35,669 bases of DNA from NCBI GenBank assembly GCA_014239585.1, contig JAAZYP010000001.1, positions 73,752-109,420 of the forward strand, written 5' to 3'. Shown here piece after piece: positions 8,940 to 18,337 of the stretch. The first letter of the stretch is position 1, and every line of letters begins with the position of its first letter. The position numbers and the translations under genes were made by a program. This stretch comes from Nanobdellota archaeon (GTDB lineage Archaea; Nanobdellota; Nanobdellia; UBA10117; ARS21). The notes beneath the pieces were generated by a model. It made no database searches, was not told the origin of the DNA, and was given only the letters and a program-made list of their open reading frames with translations.

Positions 8940-9052
8940 GCACCGTTGAAAATGAAAAAAGAATCAAAGAATTCATGGACAAAGGAATGACTCGAGAATC
9001 CGCAAAAATAATTCTGGGACTTACAGGGGATGAAAATGAAAAAAATATCTAA
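8936..9052 (+). CDS. Small 38-aa protein
   Basis: Hand-translated MSTVENEKRIKEFMDKGMTRESAKIILGLTGDENEKNI*. ATGA overlap with the upstream gene; fills the gap up to the nuclease. Confidence 0.55.
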   Translation: MSTVENEKRIKEFMDKGMTRESAKIILGLTGDENEKNI

Positions 9053-10451
9053 AACCGATTATGTTCAAAGTCTAAAATGTATGAATGTAGTTTGGCATAG
9101 ATTTCATGATCGTTCAAAACTTCCAGATTTATCCAATAATTTAATTGTTCAACTTGGAACCGAATTTGGTATTTTTGCAACAAAACTTTATCCCAAAGGA
9201 GTTATGATTGATACTGAATATTCGAAAGCAGCTAAAGAAACCGAAAAATATCTCGATATAGGAATCCCAATTTTTGAAGCAACTTTTGAAACCGAAAAAT
9301 TATATTGTAAGGTAGATATACTTGAACCTTCAACAAATGGTTTTGACATCATTGAAGTTAAATCTAGTTCTAGTGTAAAAAAAGATCACTATGATGATAT
9401 TGCTTTTCAAAAACATGTTCTCGAAAAACTTGGATACACAATAAACAATTGCTATCTGATGCATGCAAATAAAAAATATATTCGAAAAGGAAAATTAAAT
9501 CTTTCTGAACTTTTTCAAAAAACAGATGTCACTGAAAAAGTAAATCAATTAGAAAATACAATCGCACCAAATATTGAAAAAATAATAAAATATATTTCTC
9601 AAAAACTTCCTGATAACAAACACAAATTTTGTGCCAAACCAAAACAATGCGACTTAAGAGAAATCTGCTGGAACCATTTACCCGAACACAATATTTTGGA
9701 ATTACACGGACTTTGGTTTAATCATGCTGCACCACTAATGGACCAAGGAATATTGTCAATTCTAGATTTACCCGAAGAATTTTTTGAGAAACATAAACAT
9801 ACAATACAGAAAAATGCAATTTCCTCTGGTGAACCTCAAATAAATAAATCCGAAATCGAAGAATTCAAAAAATCATTATCATTTCCATTATCTTATTTTG
9901 ATTTCGAAACATTGGGAACACCAATTCCGCTTCATGACGGATTAAATCCGTGGGGAAAATTTCCATTTCAATATTCTATTCATATTGATGACGAAAAAAA
10001 ATTGACGCACTTAGAATTTCTTGCAGATTCAGATCAAGATCCACGAGAAGATTTAGCAAAACAATTAATCAAAGATATGCCAAAAACAGGAAGTATCATA
10101 ACATTCAATATGAGTTTTGAAAAAGGCGTAATTAAAGAGTTAGCCAAAAGATTTCCAAAATATGAGCAAGAGCTTAAGTCAATGATTGAAAGAATTGTCG
10201 ATCTTCAAACTATTTTCAAAAAATTTCATTATTATCATGCTGATCAAAAAGGAAGCGCTTCACTAAAATTTGTTCTTCCAGTTTTCTCCGACAAAAAATA
10301 TTCCGAACTCGAAATCCAAAACGGTCAAGAAGCATTTTCTGCATTTTACAATAAATATTATCTCAAAAAGAAAGGCGTGTCAAGAAAGGCACTTCTTGAT
10401 TATTGCGCATTAGATACTCTTGCGATGGTTGAGATACTTGAAGGGATTTAG
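9030..10451 (+). CDS. DUF2779-type protein: N-terminal Cas4/RecB-like PD-(D/E)XK nuclease plus C-terminal DEDDy exonuclease-like domain
   Basis: KVDIL...IIEVKSS...DDIAFQ with one N-terminal Cys plus CAKPKQCDLREIC. C-terminal FDFET, FNMSFE, DL, SLKFVLP and YCALDT. The start may be 9036, after GGGGATGA. Confidence 0.82.
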   Translation: MKMKKISKTDYVQSLKCMNVVWHRFHDRSKLPDLSNNLIVQLGTEFGIFATKLYPKGVMIDTEYSKAAKETEKYLDIGIPIFEATFETEKLYCKVDILEPSTNGFDIIEVKSSSSVKKDHYDDIAFQKHVLEKLGYTINNCYLMHANKKYIRKGKLNLSELFQKTDVTEKVNQLENTIAPNIEKIIKYISQKLPDNKHKFCAKPKQCDLREICWNHLPEHNILELHGLWFNHAAPLMDQGILSILDLPEEFFEKHKHTIQKNAISSGEPQINKSEIEEFKKSLSFPLSYFDFETLGTPIPLHDGLNPWGKFPFQYSIHIDDEKKLTHLEFLADSDQDPREDLAKQLIKDMPKTGSIITFNMSFEKGVIKELAKRFPKYEQELKSMIERIVDLQTIFKKFHYYHADQKGSASLKFVLPVFSDKKYSELEIQNGQEAFSAFYNKYYLKKKGVSRKALLDYCALDTLAMVEILEGI

Positions 10452-10452
10452 A

Positions 10453-10779
10453 TCAGTCATTCAAATAACAAACATATCTAGGTTTTAGGGCGTCTATTAG
10501 TTCTTCATCAGTGTAGTCGCTTAAGTCCTTGCAGTCTTCGCAGGTTGGGCAAGGTTCAGGTGTTGGAGCATCGGGACAAATTGTAGATGCAGGACATTCA
10601 GGAATTATTGGAACTTCTACTGAGTTGACGCCGGCATCATAAGCGATTGTTCCGGAAACTGCGCCAACCAAAAGTAAGGCGGTCAAAGCTTTGCCAGGTA
10701 AAAAGTTAATTGCCAAATCAATAATATCAAAAAATCCGATAAAAAACGGTTCTTTTTTTTGTTCTTTCTTTTTGGCCAT
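10453..10779 (-). CDS. Hypothetical membrane-anchored protein with Cys/Pro-rich segment
   Basis: MAKKKEQ start, hydrophobic helix, then CPASTICPDAPTPEPCPTCEDC. TATA spacing supports ATG 10779. Confidence 0.7.
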   Translation of the reverse strand: MAKKKEQKKEPFFIGFFDIIDLAINFLPGKALTALLLVGAVSGTIAYDAGVNSVEVPIIPECPASTICPDAPTPEPCPTCEDCKDLSDYTDEELIDALKPRYVCYLND

Positions 10780-10800
10780 AAAAAAGGTAAAATCTCTAAA

Positions 10801-10808
10801 TATATAAA
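10801..10808. promoter_or_regulatory. Shared bidirectional TATA box
   Basis: TATATAAA (+) / TTTATATA (-) lies 22-29 nt from both divergent ATGs (10779 and 10830). Confidence 0.6.
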
Positions 10809-10829
10809 TAATCGGATTCAAAGTAAAGT

Positions 10830-11420
10830 ATGGATTTCCTAATGTACAATAAGCAAACGAAAGATGTTATTGGAGATTATATTTATTTGGTCGGTCCGAA
10901 TGAATATAAAAGAGTTAAAGGTAACACGACATTAGAGATAGGAGTTTTGTATGAACCGAAATCTGGAGATTTAAACGAATTAAAAAAGTTTGATTGTGTG
11001 GTTATCGGTAAAGCAACTAATGAAAAGATTTTAAGAAAATTGATTGAACACAAAAAAGTTTATGGAGTTACTGGAATTGAAACTGATCGAGGTCGAGAAC
11101 ACACACACTATCGTCGATCGAATATGAATCAAGTAATTGCTAAGATGATAAAAGATAATGAGAAAGTTTATATTTTGGATTTTAAATATTTATTAAATTC
11201 AAAAAAGCGTGGAAAATTAATAGGAAGAATTTTACAGAACACTAAATTTTTGAATAAATATAAGTGTAAAACTGGAATTGCCACATTTGCTGAAAGCGTT
11301 TATGGAACTAGATTTGAAGATAATTTGGAAGCATTAGGTAGAGTTTTAGGAATGAAGAAATTGGCAAAGTTTGAAGAAAAATCAAACCTGCCAAAAGGCG
11401 TTAGAATTTTAGAAAACTAA
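10830..11420 (+). CDS. rnp3: Ribonuclease P protein subunit Rpp30
   Basis: RRSNMNQVIAK...YILDFKYLL...RGKLIGRILQN.KF..KYK...IATFAESVYGTR matches the archaeal Rpp30 pattern. Near rpl15e, Pop5 and exosome genes. Confidence 0.8.
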   Translation: MDFLMYNKQTKDVIGDYIYLVGPNEYKRVKGNTTLEIGVLYEPKSGDLNELKKFDCVVIGKATNEKILRKLIEHKKVYGVTGIETDRGREHTHYRRSNMNQVIAKMIKDNEKVYILDFKYLLNSKKRGKLIGRILQNTKFLNKYKCKTGIATFAESVYGTRFEDNLEALGRVLGMKKLAKFEEKSNLPKGVRILEN

Positions 11421-12710
11421 CTCTTCGCCTTGTTTTGGTGCTATTGCGTCCAATGACAATTGACTTCTTAATTCCATTGCGAATCTCGGACAGTGTGCTC
11501 CGTGGATACAAAGAACTTTCTTTGGTCGTAAATCTTTAACCAATTTTAGTAATTCGTCTCTTCCAGCATGAGAACTTAGTTCGAAATTATACATCGGACA
11601 TTTGACTTTTAAATCAACATCTTCAGTGACATATCTTCCGGTGTCCGCCAGATATCTTCCTGCTGTTCCAGGAATTTGGTAACCTGCAGTTATTAGTGCA
11701 GATTTCGGATCAGTGTAAACGTGTTTGATGTAGTGTGCAATTGGTCCACCGTCCATTGAACCACCAGTAGTGATTATAGCGCACGGTTTTGTTGCTGCTT
11801 TTCGTCTTTGTTCTTGAGTTTTAATCAAGATTGCTTTCTTCATACCACTCTTTAATTGAACAGAATTCCGAATGAACTTCGGATTTCTTGAAGAAATATC
11901 TACTGCCGCTCGGCCCATTCCGTCTACATATACTGGGAAATCTATGCCGTATTTTTCCAAAATCATCAATAATTCAGGTGCTCGTATAGCAAAAGAAGGA
12001 ATTAATGCAACTCCTCCACCCTTTACTGTCTTTTTGACTTGGTCTGCGAATGCTTTTTCGATTTTAGCCCGTTTATCTAATGATCTGGAACTGTAAGTTG
12101 TTTCCATGATTAGTAGATCGATGTTTTTAAGATGAGAATAATCTGCACCGTTTACTAGTTGAGTATCTTCGATTTTGAAATCGCTAGTATACAGAATTTT
12201 CTTTCCAGACATTTCAATTAATGCCATTGCAGATCCAGGAATGTGTCCTGCATCGTAGAAAGTTATTTTTGTATCTCCAATCATAAATGGTTTTTTGTAG
12301 TTAACAATATCCCATGCATGAAGTACACTTTTGATGTCATTTCGTCCAAAATTTCGAGGTTTACCTTTTAATTTTCCAACTTTTAGACTATCATAAAGAA
12401 CTAATTCTGCTAAATCTTTTGTTGCTTGCGTACCAAATATTTTTGGTTTTTTCTTTTGCACAGTCCATAATTCTGGAACTGAACCACAGTGATCTAGGTG
12501 TCCGTGACAGATTACTACTCCATCAACAGGAGTTTTTGGTAGTAATGGTCCAATTCCATCGGAAACATTAAATCCAAATTCCATAGAAATACGGTCTTTA
12601 CCGTTATCTAAAATTACTGCGTTGTTACCGACTTCTCTGAAGCCACCGTTACATTCGATCTTAATTGATCTATCTTTGTTTGTTTTATTTTCTATTTTTT
12701 TGTTTTTCAT
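11409..12710 (-). CDS. Beta-CASP metallo-beta-lactamase ribonuclease (aCPSF2-like, no KH domains)
   Basis: Motifs GGFREVG, HGHLDHCG, AGHIPGSA, YTSD, METTYS, GYQIPGT and SSHAG...IHG. Confidence 0.9.
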   Translation of the reverse strand: MKNKKIENKTNKDRSIKIECNGGFREVGNNAVILDNGKDRISMEFGFNVSDGIGPLLPKTPVDGVVICHGHLDHCGSVPELWTVQKKKPKIFGTQATKDLAELVLYDSLKVGKLKGKPRNFGRNDIKSVLHAWDIVNYKKPFMIGDTKITFYDAGHIPGSAMALIEMSGKKILYTSDFKIEDTQLVNGADYSHLKNIDLLIMETTYSSRSLDKRAKIEKAFADQVKKTVKGGGVALIPSFAIRAPELLMILEKYGIDFPVYVDGMGRAAVDISSRNPKFIRNSVQLKSGMKKAILIKTQEQRRKAATKPCAIITTGGSMDGGPIAHYIKHVYTDPKSALITAGYQIPGTAGRYLADTGRYVTEDVDLKVKCPMYNFELSSHAGRDELLKLVKDLRPKKVLCIHGAHCPRFAMELRSQLSLDAIAPKQGEELVF

Positions 12711-12754
12711 TGTTTTATACTAAATAAAAATCGCCTTGACGAATTCTATTGTGA

Positions 12755-13087
12755 TTATGATGTGAGGGAAATTGATTGGCCGTTTTTAAGCTTATGCTTT
12801 TTTATGAAACCCGCTGGAGTCTCAATTATGTATTTAGCCGGCTTTTTTGGAGATATTTTGAATTTGAAAGGCATAACTTTTTGTTTAAGTGAAACAATTT
12901 TTTTGTCTCTTATCCAAATGATATCTATTGGTTTTCTAACAAAACAAGTGTGTAAAGTTGAGTGCGCAATCGAAGGATAAAAAGTTTCTAAGACAATCGG
13001 TTGAATTTTACGAAACATTAGTCCGAAAGTAAATTTACCTAAATATTTTGCCTCGAATAACTTTTTTCGTCCTTGTTTAATTATCAT
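12755..13087 (-). CDS. DUF192 family protein
   Basis: GLMFR, LHTCFVRKPIDIIWI and AKYIIETPAG. Confidence 0.85.
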   Translation of the reverse strand: MIIKQGRKKLFEAKYLGKFTFGLMFRKIQPIVLETFYPSIAHSTLHTCFVRKPIDIIWIRDKKIVSLKQKVMPFKFKISPKKPAKYIIETPAGFIKKHKLKNGQSISLTS

Positions 13088-13668
13088 TCAGAAAAATTAT
13101 CCAAAGGTAATTCCCCGCCTTTTTTTATGCTACCTTTGATTTTCAAATATTCATTTGCTAAAACCCAATAAACTAGGCCTAATGATCTTGAACCTTTGTT
13201 GTTACAAATTATTGAAACATCAATATTTTTGAAAGTGTTATTTGAATCACAAAGTGCGACAACAGGAATACCGACATGATATGAATCTTTGATTGCATTC
13301 TTATCTCCTCTCGGGTCTGCTACAAACATAACTTTCGGTTCCATGAATGTTTTCAATTGAGAGTTAGTGATTATTCCTGCAGGATATCTTCCAACAAAGA
13401 ATTTTGCACCGATTGATTCAGCAAATGCTTTTGCTGCCTTCCAACCATTTTCTCTTCGACAAACAACTAAAATATCTTCAGGATTGTATTTAGCTAAAAA
13501 TTCTGCTCCAGATTTTAATTTTTCATCAATTTTTTGAACATCTAAAATTGCAACACCATTTTTTGGGTTGACTTTGTGAATATATTCAGACATATCTTTT
13601 GTTTTGAATTTGGTTCCGATTTGAATTCCAGATTCAAGATATTGATCGACAGCGACTAAGTTACTCAT
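13084..13668 (-). CDS. rps2: 30S ribosomal protein S2
   Basis: [30 protein letters not shown] and [14 protein letters not shown]. Confidence 0.96.
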   Translation of the reverse strand: MSNLVAVDQYLESGIQIGTKFKTKDMSEYIHKVNPKNGVAILDVQKIDEKLKSGAEFLAKYNPEDILVVCRRENGWKAAKAFAESIGAKFFVGRYPAGIITNSQLKTFMEPKVMFVADPRGDKNAIKDSYHVGIPVVALCDSNNTFKNIDVSIICNNKGSRSLGLVYWVLANEYLKIKGSIKKGGELPLDNFSE

Positions 13669-13876
13669 CGTCTTCATCCTTTTCTTCTTCGATTTTTATT
13701 GGTGCGGGTCGATTAACTGTAATTGGAAGAACTCCACTTGCGAGTTCTTCCTTAGCAATTTGAACGGTATTGTACAAATCTTTTGGTCGTTTTATCAAAA
13801 TCGGAGCACCCATAGATAATTGTAGCGCACGCGCTCCAATAATTCTTGCCGTCTCAAATTTTGTTAATTTAACCAT
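13661..13876 (-). CDS. rpoK: RNA polymerase subunit K (Rpo6)
   Basis: [22 protein letters not shown]...LPITVNR. Confidence 0.97.
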   Translation of the reverse strand: MVKLTKFETARIIGARALQLSMGAPILIKRPKDLYNTVQIAKEELASGVLPITVNRPAPIKIEEEKDEDDE

Positions 13877-13877
13877 T

Positions 13878-14663
13878 TTAATATTTGTTTATAAGCTTAC
13901 GTAGCTCTTTACCTTTGCTTGTTGCTAATTTTACAGCATTTTTAAGCTCTTCGTTTGTGACTGGAGTCACTCCGCCTTTTTGCATTGCGCAGATATTTCC
14001 ATTATCTATTGTTGCAATGTTTAGTCGAGCTTCCATAATCGATTCTTCTTCGAAAGTTGGATCAATTAATAATTTATCTCCAACTTTAGCAATAGTAACC
14101 ATTACTGGAACATTTTGAAGTTTAACTCCATTTTTTGTTCTAGTTTCATGTGCCACTTTGCCAGATTCAGCATCGTATTCAGGGAATTTAGCATTTTTTA
14201 TTGCAAGCAATGCTGCAATAACTCCTGCGTCAAATAAATTTCCATCTGCATTTGTCGGATAGATATCTACTGACAACATCCATGCTGCTTCACCTTCTTC
14301 GATACAAAGATCTTCAAAGTTTACAGTTTTAGATTCTCTAATTGCTCGGTCCACAACTCTCGAAAGCTCAATAGATTCCGGAGAAGGTGGCCCACTTCTG
14401 TAGTTTGGATTTGAAATCGGACTAAGTTCACCGTTTACCATAAACATACCTTGATTAGCTGTGTCCGGATAAGGTTTACCTACCGAAAATTTTACTCCAG
14501 CAATGACTTCAGTGTTACCTAGCCGAACTCTTGCAGATCCATTTGCTTGTGGAATAATTCCCGTTTCAATTTCAATATCTCGGTAGTCTTCTAATTTTCT
14601 ACCGTCAGATCTCACATTATTGTTAAGTGATTCCTTGATAAATTCTGTATTTACTAAACTCAT
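13878..14663 (-). CDS. rrp42: Exosome subunit Rrp42
   Basis: [35 protein letters not shown] and MQKGG. Confidence 0.96.
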   Translation of the reverse strand: MSLVNTEFIKESLNNNVRSDGRKLEDYRDIEIETGIIPQANGSARVRLGNTEVIAGVKFSVGKPYPDTANQGMFMVNGELSPISNPNYRSGPPSPESIELSRVVDRAIRESKTVNFEDLCIEEGEAAWMLSVDIYPTNADGNLFDAGVIAALLAIKNAKFPEYDAESGKVAHETRTKNGVKLQNVPVMVTIAKVGDKLLIDPTFEEESIMEARLNIATIDNGNICAMQKGGVTPVTNEELKNAVKLATSKGKELRKLINKY

Positions 14664-15382
14664 TTTTTATTCTCCTTTTTGCCGATTAAAGCATTCTTTT
14701 GCACTTCGTAAATCTCCATTGCTGAATCCATTACTAATTTCATTGATTCATCAAATTCCTTTGAAGATAAATCACCGTCCATTTGAACGAGAGTTATTTC
14801 ATTACGATTTGGCATAACTGCAATTGGAAGATCTGCTTGTCCAAAGTTGTCCTCTGGTTGGAATAAATCCAATAATACTGTATCATCTGCTTTTCCTGCA
14901 GCGACAGCACAAACTAAATCTCGCATTTCAATTCCAGCATTTGCTAAAGCTAAAGATGCAGCATTAATTGCAGCGGTTCTAGTTCCCGCATTTGCATTCA
15001 AAATTTGTACGTGTATTTCGATTGCGGTTGCCGGGTATTTTTCAGTTATAACTGCTGCTTCTAAAGCATCAATCATAACTTTTGAAATTTCTTTACTTCT
15101 TCGACTTGGTCCAGGTCTACATCTATCTGTTGTTGAGAATGGAAGCATTGAGTAATAAACTCGAATTAATGCTCTATCATCCTTTGTCTGATGTTTAGGT
15201 AAAACTTCCTTTGGACCATAAACTCCTGCAATCGCAACAGTTTCACCCATAGTAAATCTTGCTGAACCATCTGCTTGTGGAATAATTCCAACTTCTGCAG
15301 TCATTTTTCTTAATTCATTTGCCTTTCGACCGTCAATTCGTTTTCCTTTGACGACAAGCGGCGTATCTGATTTTCCTGCCAT
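14660..15382 (-). CDS. rrp41: Exosome subunit Rrp41
   Basis: RIDGRKANELR, YSMLPFST, PGPSRRSKEIS, GTR and EDNFGQAD (catalytic Asp residues). Confidence 0.97.
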   Translation of the reverse strand: MAGKSDTPLVVKGKRIDGRKANELRKMTAEVGIIPQADGSARFTMGETVAIAGVYGPKEVLPKHQTKDDRALIRVYYSMLPFSTTDRCRPGPSRRSKEISKVMIDALEAAVITEKYPATAIEIHVQILNANAGTRTAAINAASLALANAGIEMRDLVCAVAAGKADDTVLLDLFQPEDNFGQADLPIAVMPNRNEITLVQMDGDLSSKEFDESMKLVMDSAMEIYEVQKNALIGKKENKK

Positions 15383-15383
15383 T

Positions 15384-16076
15384 TTATTTTTTTCCTCCTA
15401 ACATTTTCTTGACTTTTTCAGTTAATCCTGAACTTTTTGTATTAGATTCAATTAGTTTAATTGCTTCTTGAACTTTGAATACATTTTCAGTATTATCGCA
15501 ATGTACGTACACATAACCATTTTGGCCAATAACAACGTTACATCCTGATTCATCTTTCAATGTATTGATCATACTACCTTGTTTTCCAATAATTCGAGGA
15601 ATTAATCCCGAATCGACATTAATTAAATGTCCTGAAGGTAATTTTCGGTATAGTCGATCTTTGGCACTAACTTTGAAAGTGCCGTTTCGGTTACCAATTA
15701 TTTCTACGAAAACTAAATCACCTACTGCGAAAAATTGCGACATTTTTCCAGTTTCGATGAAAGATTGACTTCCTTCTCTGAGATCTAATTCACATTTGAC
15801 TGGAACTCCAATGTCCAGTGTCCATCCATAATTGTTCATGGAAACTACTTTTCCAATAATTTTATCGCCTTGTTTCGGCGCATATTTTTCGAATATAGGA
15901 ACAACTTTTACAACATGTCCCTTGTTACTTATTTTACCAACTACTGTTGAAGTAATTGATTCGCCATCCCTAATTGCTTTTCCTGACGGAATATAGCTCA
16001 TTCCTTCTGCCAGCAATTGTCCTGGGACAACAATATCATTGTCTTTTACGTGTAATTTTTTTACCATTTTATTCAT
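15384..16076 (-). CDS. rrp4: Exosome RNA-binding subunit Rrp4 (S1 + KH)
   Basis: VVPGQLL, YAPKQGDKIIGKV, PRIIGKQGSMI and GQNG. The start may be 16067. Confidence 0.95.
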   Translation of the reverse strand: MNKMVKKLHVKDNDIVVPGQLLAEGMSYIPSGKAIRDGESITSTVVGKISNKGHVVKVVPIFEKYAPKQGDKIIGKVVSMNNYGWTLDIGVPVKCELDLREGSQSFIETGKMSQFFAVGDLVFVEIIGNRNGTFKVSAKDRLYRKLPSGHLINVDSGLIPRIIGKQGSMINTLKDESGCNVVIGQNGYVYVHCDNTENVFKVQEAIKLIESNTKSSGLTEKVKKMLGGKK

Positions 16077-16773
16077 TTATTTCTGCTTCTCCATTAGTTA
16101 ATTTGTTAATTAATGAGTATATATCGTTTTTAGCTCCGCCAACGATTTCCAATTCCACGTAGATTCCGCCGTCGCTTTGCCATTCTTCCTTTTTCATTGA
16201 AGAACTATATCTATTTTTTAATGCACTGTAAGTTGAACCTGCAAATTTTGCAGGAATTGTGATTTTCATTTTAACTTTATCAAAAGATAAAGGAATTATT
16301 GTTCTAATTGATTTAATTATTTTCTGAGTTTGAGTTTCAAAATTTTCTGAATAATCTACACTAACTTTTACTTGATCCATTGCTAATTCGATTCTTTGTC
16401 GCGGATGTGGAGAATTTGATTTTGGATCAACAGAATTTTGTTGAATATATTCGATAATTCGATTTCGTCGAGTTTCCATTAATTTTTTTCTTTGATCGGC
16501 AGTCAAATGAAGTTCACCATCTTTGATAATTTTTGCAGCGGGAGAATCTCCTAGCACAGATTTAACTTTATCTTCAGATGATTTTAGACCTCGATTCGCA
16601 TCTTCAAAAACAGTTTGACTTTGAACAAACTCATTAATTTTAATATCTTGTCCCGATCTGAAAGCTAACGCTTTGTCAACATCTGAAATAACAACTTCAA
16701 AATTTTCTCCACCTTTCTTCAGGCGTGCGAGTGTAAATGAAACTCTCTCTTTATCGTAAGTTCTGTTTTGCAT
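16069..16773 (-). CDS. Ribosome maturation factor SBDS/Sdo1
   Basis: ARLKKGGENFEV, GELHLTADQRK and DPKSNSPHPRQRIELAM; canonical position between psmA and rrp4. Confidence 0.95.
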   Translation of the reverse strand: MQNRTYDKERVSFTLARLKKGGENFEVVISDVDKALAFRSGQDIKINEFVQSQTVFEDANRGLKSSEDKVKSVLGDSPAAKIIKDGELHLTADQRKKLMETRRNRIIEYIQQNSVDPKSNSPHPRQRIELAMDQVKVSVDYSENFETQTQKIIKSIRTIIPLSFDKVKMKITIPAKFAGSTYSALKNRYSSSMKKEEWQSDGGIYVELEIVGGAKNDIYSLINKLTNGEAEINE

Positions 16774-17468
16774 TAATCTTTTTTATTCGGAGCAACCTTT
16801 ATTCCCTTTGTATTTGAGACCATAATTTGGACTCGGGATTTCTTAAATTCTTTTCCAAGAATTTTGGTGTAAATTGTATTAACTAATTTAAGTCCGTCAT
16901 CTAAACTCATGTCTTTTTTCCAAGCCTTTTCAAGTAATTTATTTGCTTCGGTTGAATTGTTTCCAATTGCTTTAGCATTATATTTAAAATAAATACCTGC
17001 AGGTTCAGTAGAAAAAAGTTGCGGACCATTCTCAGTCATTCCACCTACTAAAAGTGATACTCCGAAAGGTCTTATCCCTCCGTACTGCGTAAAACTCTGA
17101 CAAATGTCAGAGATAAATTTGACAAGTTCTTCAGGCGCTATTTCTTCACCGTAAGTTAATTTATGTTCTTGAGCTTTTAATCGTGCTCGCTTAAGTAAAA
17201 CTCTTGCGTCACCAATATAACCTGCGGAAGTTAAAATAATATTTGAATCAACTTCTTCAATTTTTGAAACTGAATCTGCAACTAAAAGCGGATCAATTCG
17301 ATGAGTATCTGCAGCTAAAATAATTCCATCTTTAGTAGTTACTCCCAAAATAAGGGAACCTGCATCTATCGCTTTCTTTGCGTATTCTACTTGTAATATT
17401 CGGCCGTCCGGACTAAAAACTGTGATCGCCCGATCGTAACCCATAACTTGATTTGGTACAAATTGCAT
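16773..17468 (-). CDS. psmA: Proteasome subunit alpha
   Basis: GYDRAITVFSPDGRILQVEYA and TQYGGIRPFGVSLL. Confidence 0.98.
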   Translation of the reverse strand: MQFVPNQVMGYDRAITVFSPDGRILQVEYAKKAIDAGSLILGVTTKDGIILAADTHRIDPLLVADSVSKIEEVDSNIILTSAGYIGDARVLLKRARLKAQEHKLTYGEEIAPEELVKFISDICQSFTQYGGIRPFGVSLLVGGMTENGPQLFSTEPAGIYFKYNAKAIGNNSTEANKLLEKAWKKDMSLDDGLKLVNTIYTKILGKEFKKSRVQIMVSNTKGIKVAPNKKD

Positions 17469-17501
17469 CTTTCTTTTTTCCTCAATTATTGAATTTATAT
17501 A

Positions 17502-17843
17502 CTAAGTCTTTTTAAATGTTTCAATATGAAGTTTGTTCAGCATTCCGCTGACCTTCAAAACATCTATTTTGACTTTTTTTGAACATAATTTTTTGATAAG
17601 TGTTAATGCAGCCTTTGTTTCATCAAGATATTTACTATTTGTTCTGATAACACCGAGTTGAAATTTTTTATCAAAACTTATAAAATTAAGACCCGATTTA
17701 GCAATTCCTAATTCTCCCAGAAATTGTTTACATTCAACGAGAATGTGCTTTTGAGCGTCAATTTTAGAAAAATCAGAACTTGATTTAATTTTGAATAATA
17801 CATAACGTGGATTTTCTTTAAGAGTAGGTAAAATTGGTTTCAT
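17502..17843 (-). CDS. rnp2: Ribonuclease P subunit Pop5/Rpp14
   Basis: LPTLKENPRYVLF, FLGELG and VSGML; directly upstream of psmA. Confidence 0.88.
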   Translation of the reverse strand: MKPILPTLKENPRYVLFKIKSSSDFSKIDAQKHILVECKQFLGELGIAKSGLNFISFDKKFQLGVIRTNSKYLDETKAALTLIKKLCSKKVKIDVLKVSGMLNKLHIETFKKT

Positions 17844-17867
17844 AGATATAAAAAACAATAGAGATAT

Positions 17868-18071
17868 TTATTTCTTTGCTCCGCCAAGTCGAACCTTTTT
17901 TTGCTTGTTATATGAGTTAGTCCACTTAGTTTGAAGGGGTTTTCGTCCTAATTTTAAAAAGTTCTTCATTGCTTTACCATTTAAAAAATATAATACTCGG
18001 CCGCTGTTTCGAACTAACATTCGTCCCTTCCCTTTCGGAAGAGTTTTTCCACTAAATGAACATTCAACCAT
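17868..18071 (-). CDS. rpl24e: 50S ribosomal protein L24e
   Basis: CSFSG...GKGRMLVRNSG...LGRKPLQTKWT; follows rps28e. Confidence 0.93.
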   Translation of the reverse strand: MVECSFSGKTLPKGKGRMLVRNSGRVLYFLNGKAMKNFLKLGRKPLQTKWTNSYNKQKKVRLGGAKK

Positions 18072-18337
18072 TATTTTCGACCCCTCTTTCCTGAACTTGC
18101 TTCAATTTCAGTTTGAGTTAACATTATAATATCTCCAACGCGAGTCGGACCATAAACATTTCGTCGCATAATCTTTCCGGCATCTTTTCCATCAAGAACT
18201 TTACATCGAACCAAAGTAACAACTTGTTTTGTACCTTCTCTACCGCTTAATTCTACAATTTCAGCAGGATATGCTTTGAGAAGCTTACCACTAAGATCAG
18301 TGTTTGATGATTGTTTCTTTGTTTCCTTTTCAGCCAT
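18071..18337 (-). CDS. rps28e: 30S ribosomal protein S28e (N-terminally extended)
   Basis: PAEIVEL.GR.G...VRCKVLDG...RNVYGPTRVGDIIML. Confidence 0.95.
   Translation of the reverse strand: MAEKETKKQSSNTDLSGKLLKAYPAEIVELSGREGTKQVVTLVRCKVLDGKDAGKIMRRNVYGPTRVGDIIMLTQTEIEASSGKRGRK

Noticed and set aside
9030-10451. CRISPR-Cas locus suggested by the Cas4-like domain
   Set aside because: No cas1/cas2 and no repeat-spacer array anywhere in the window.
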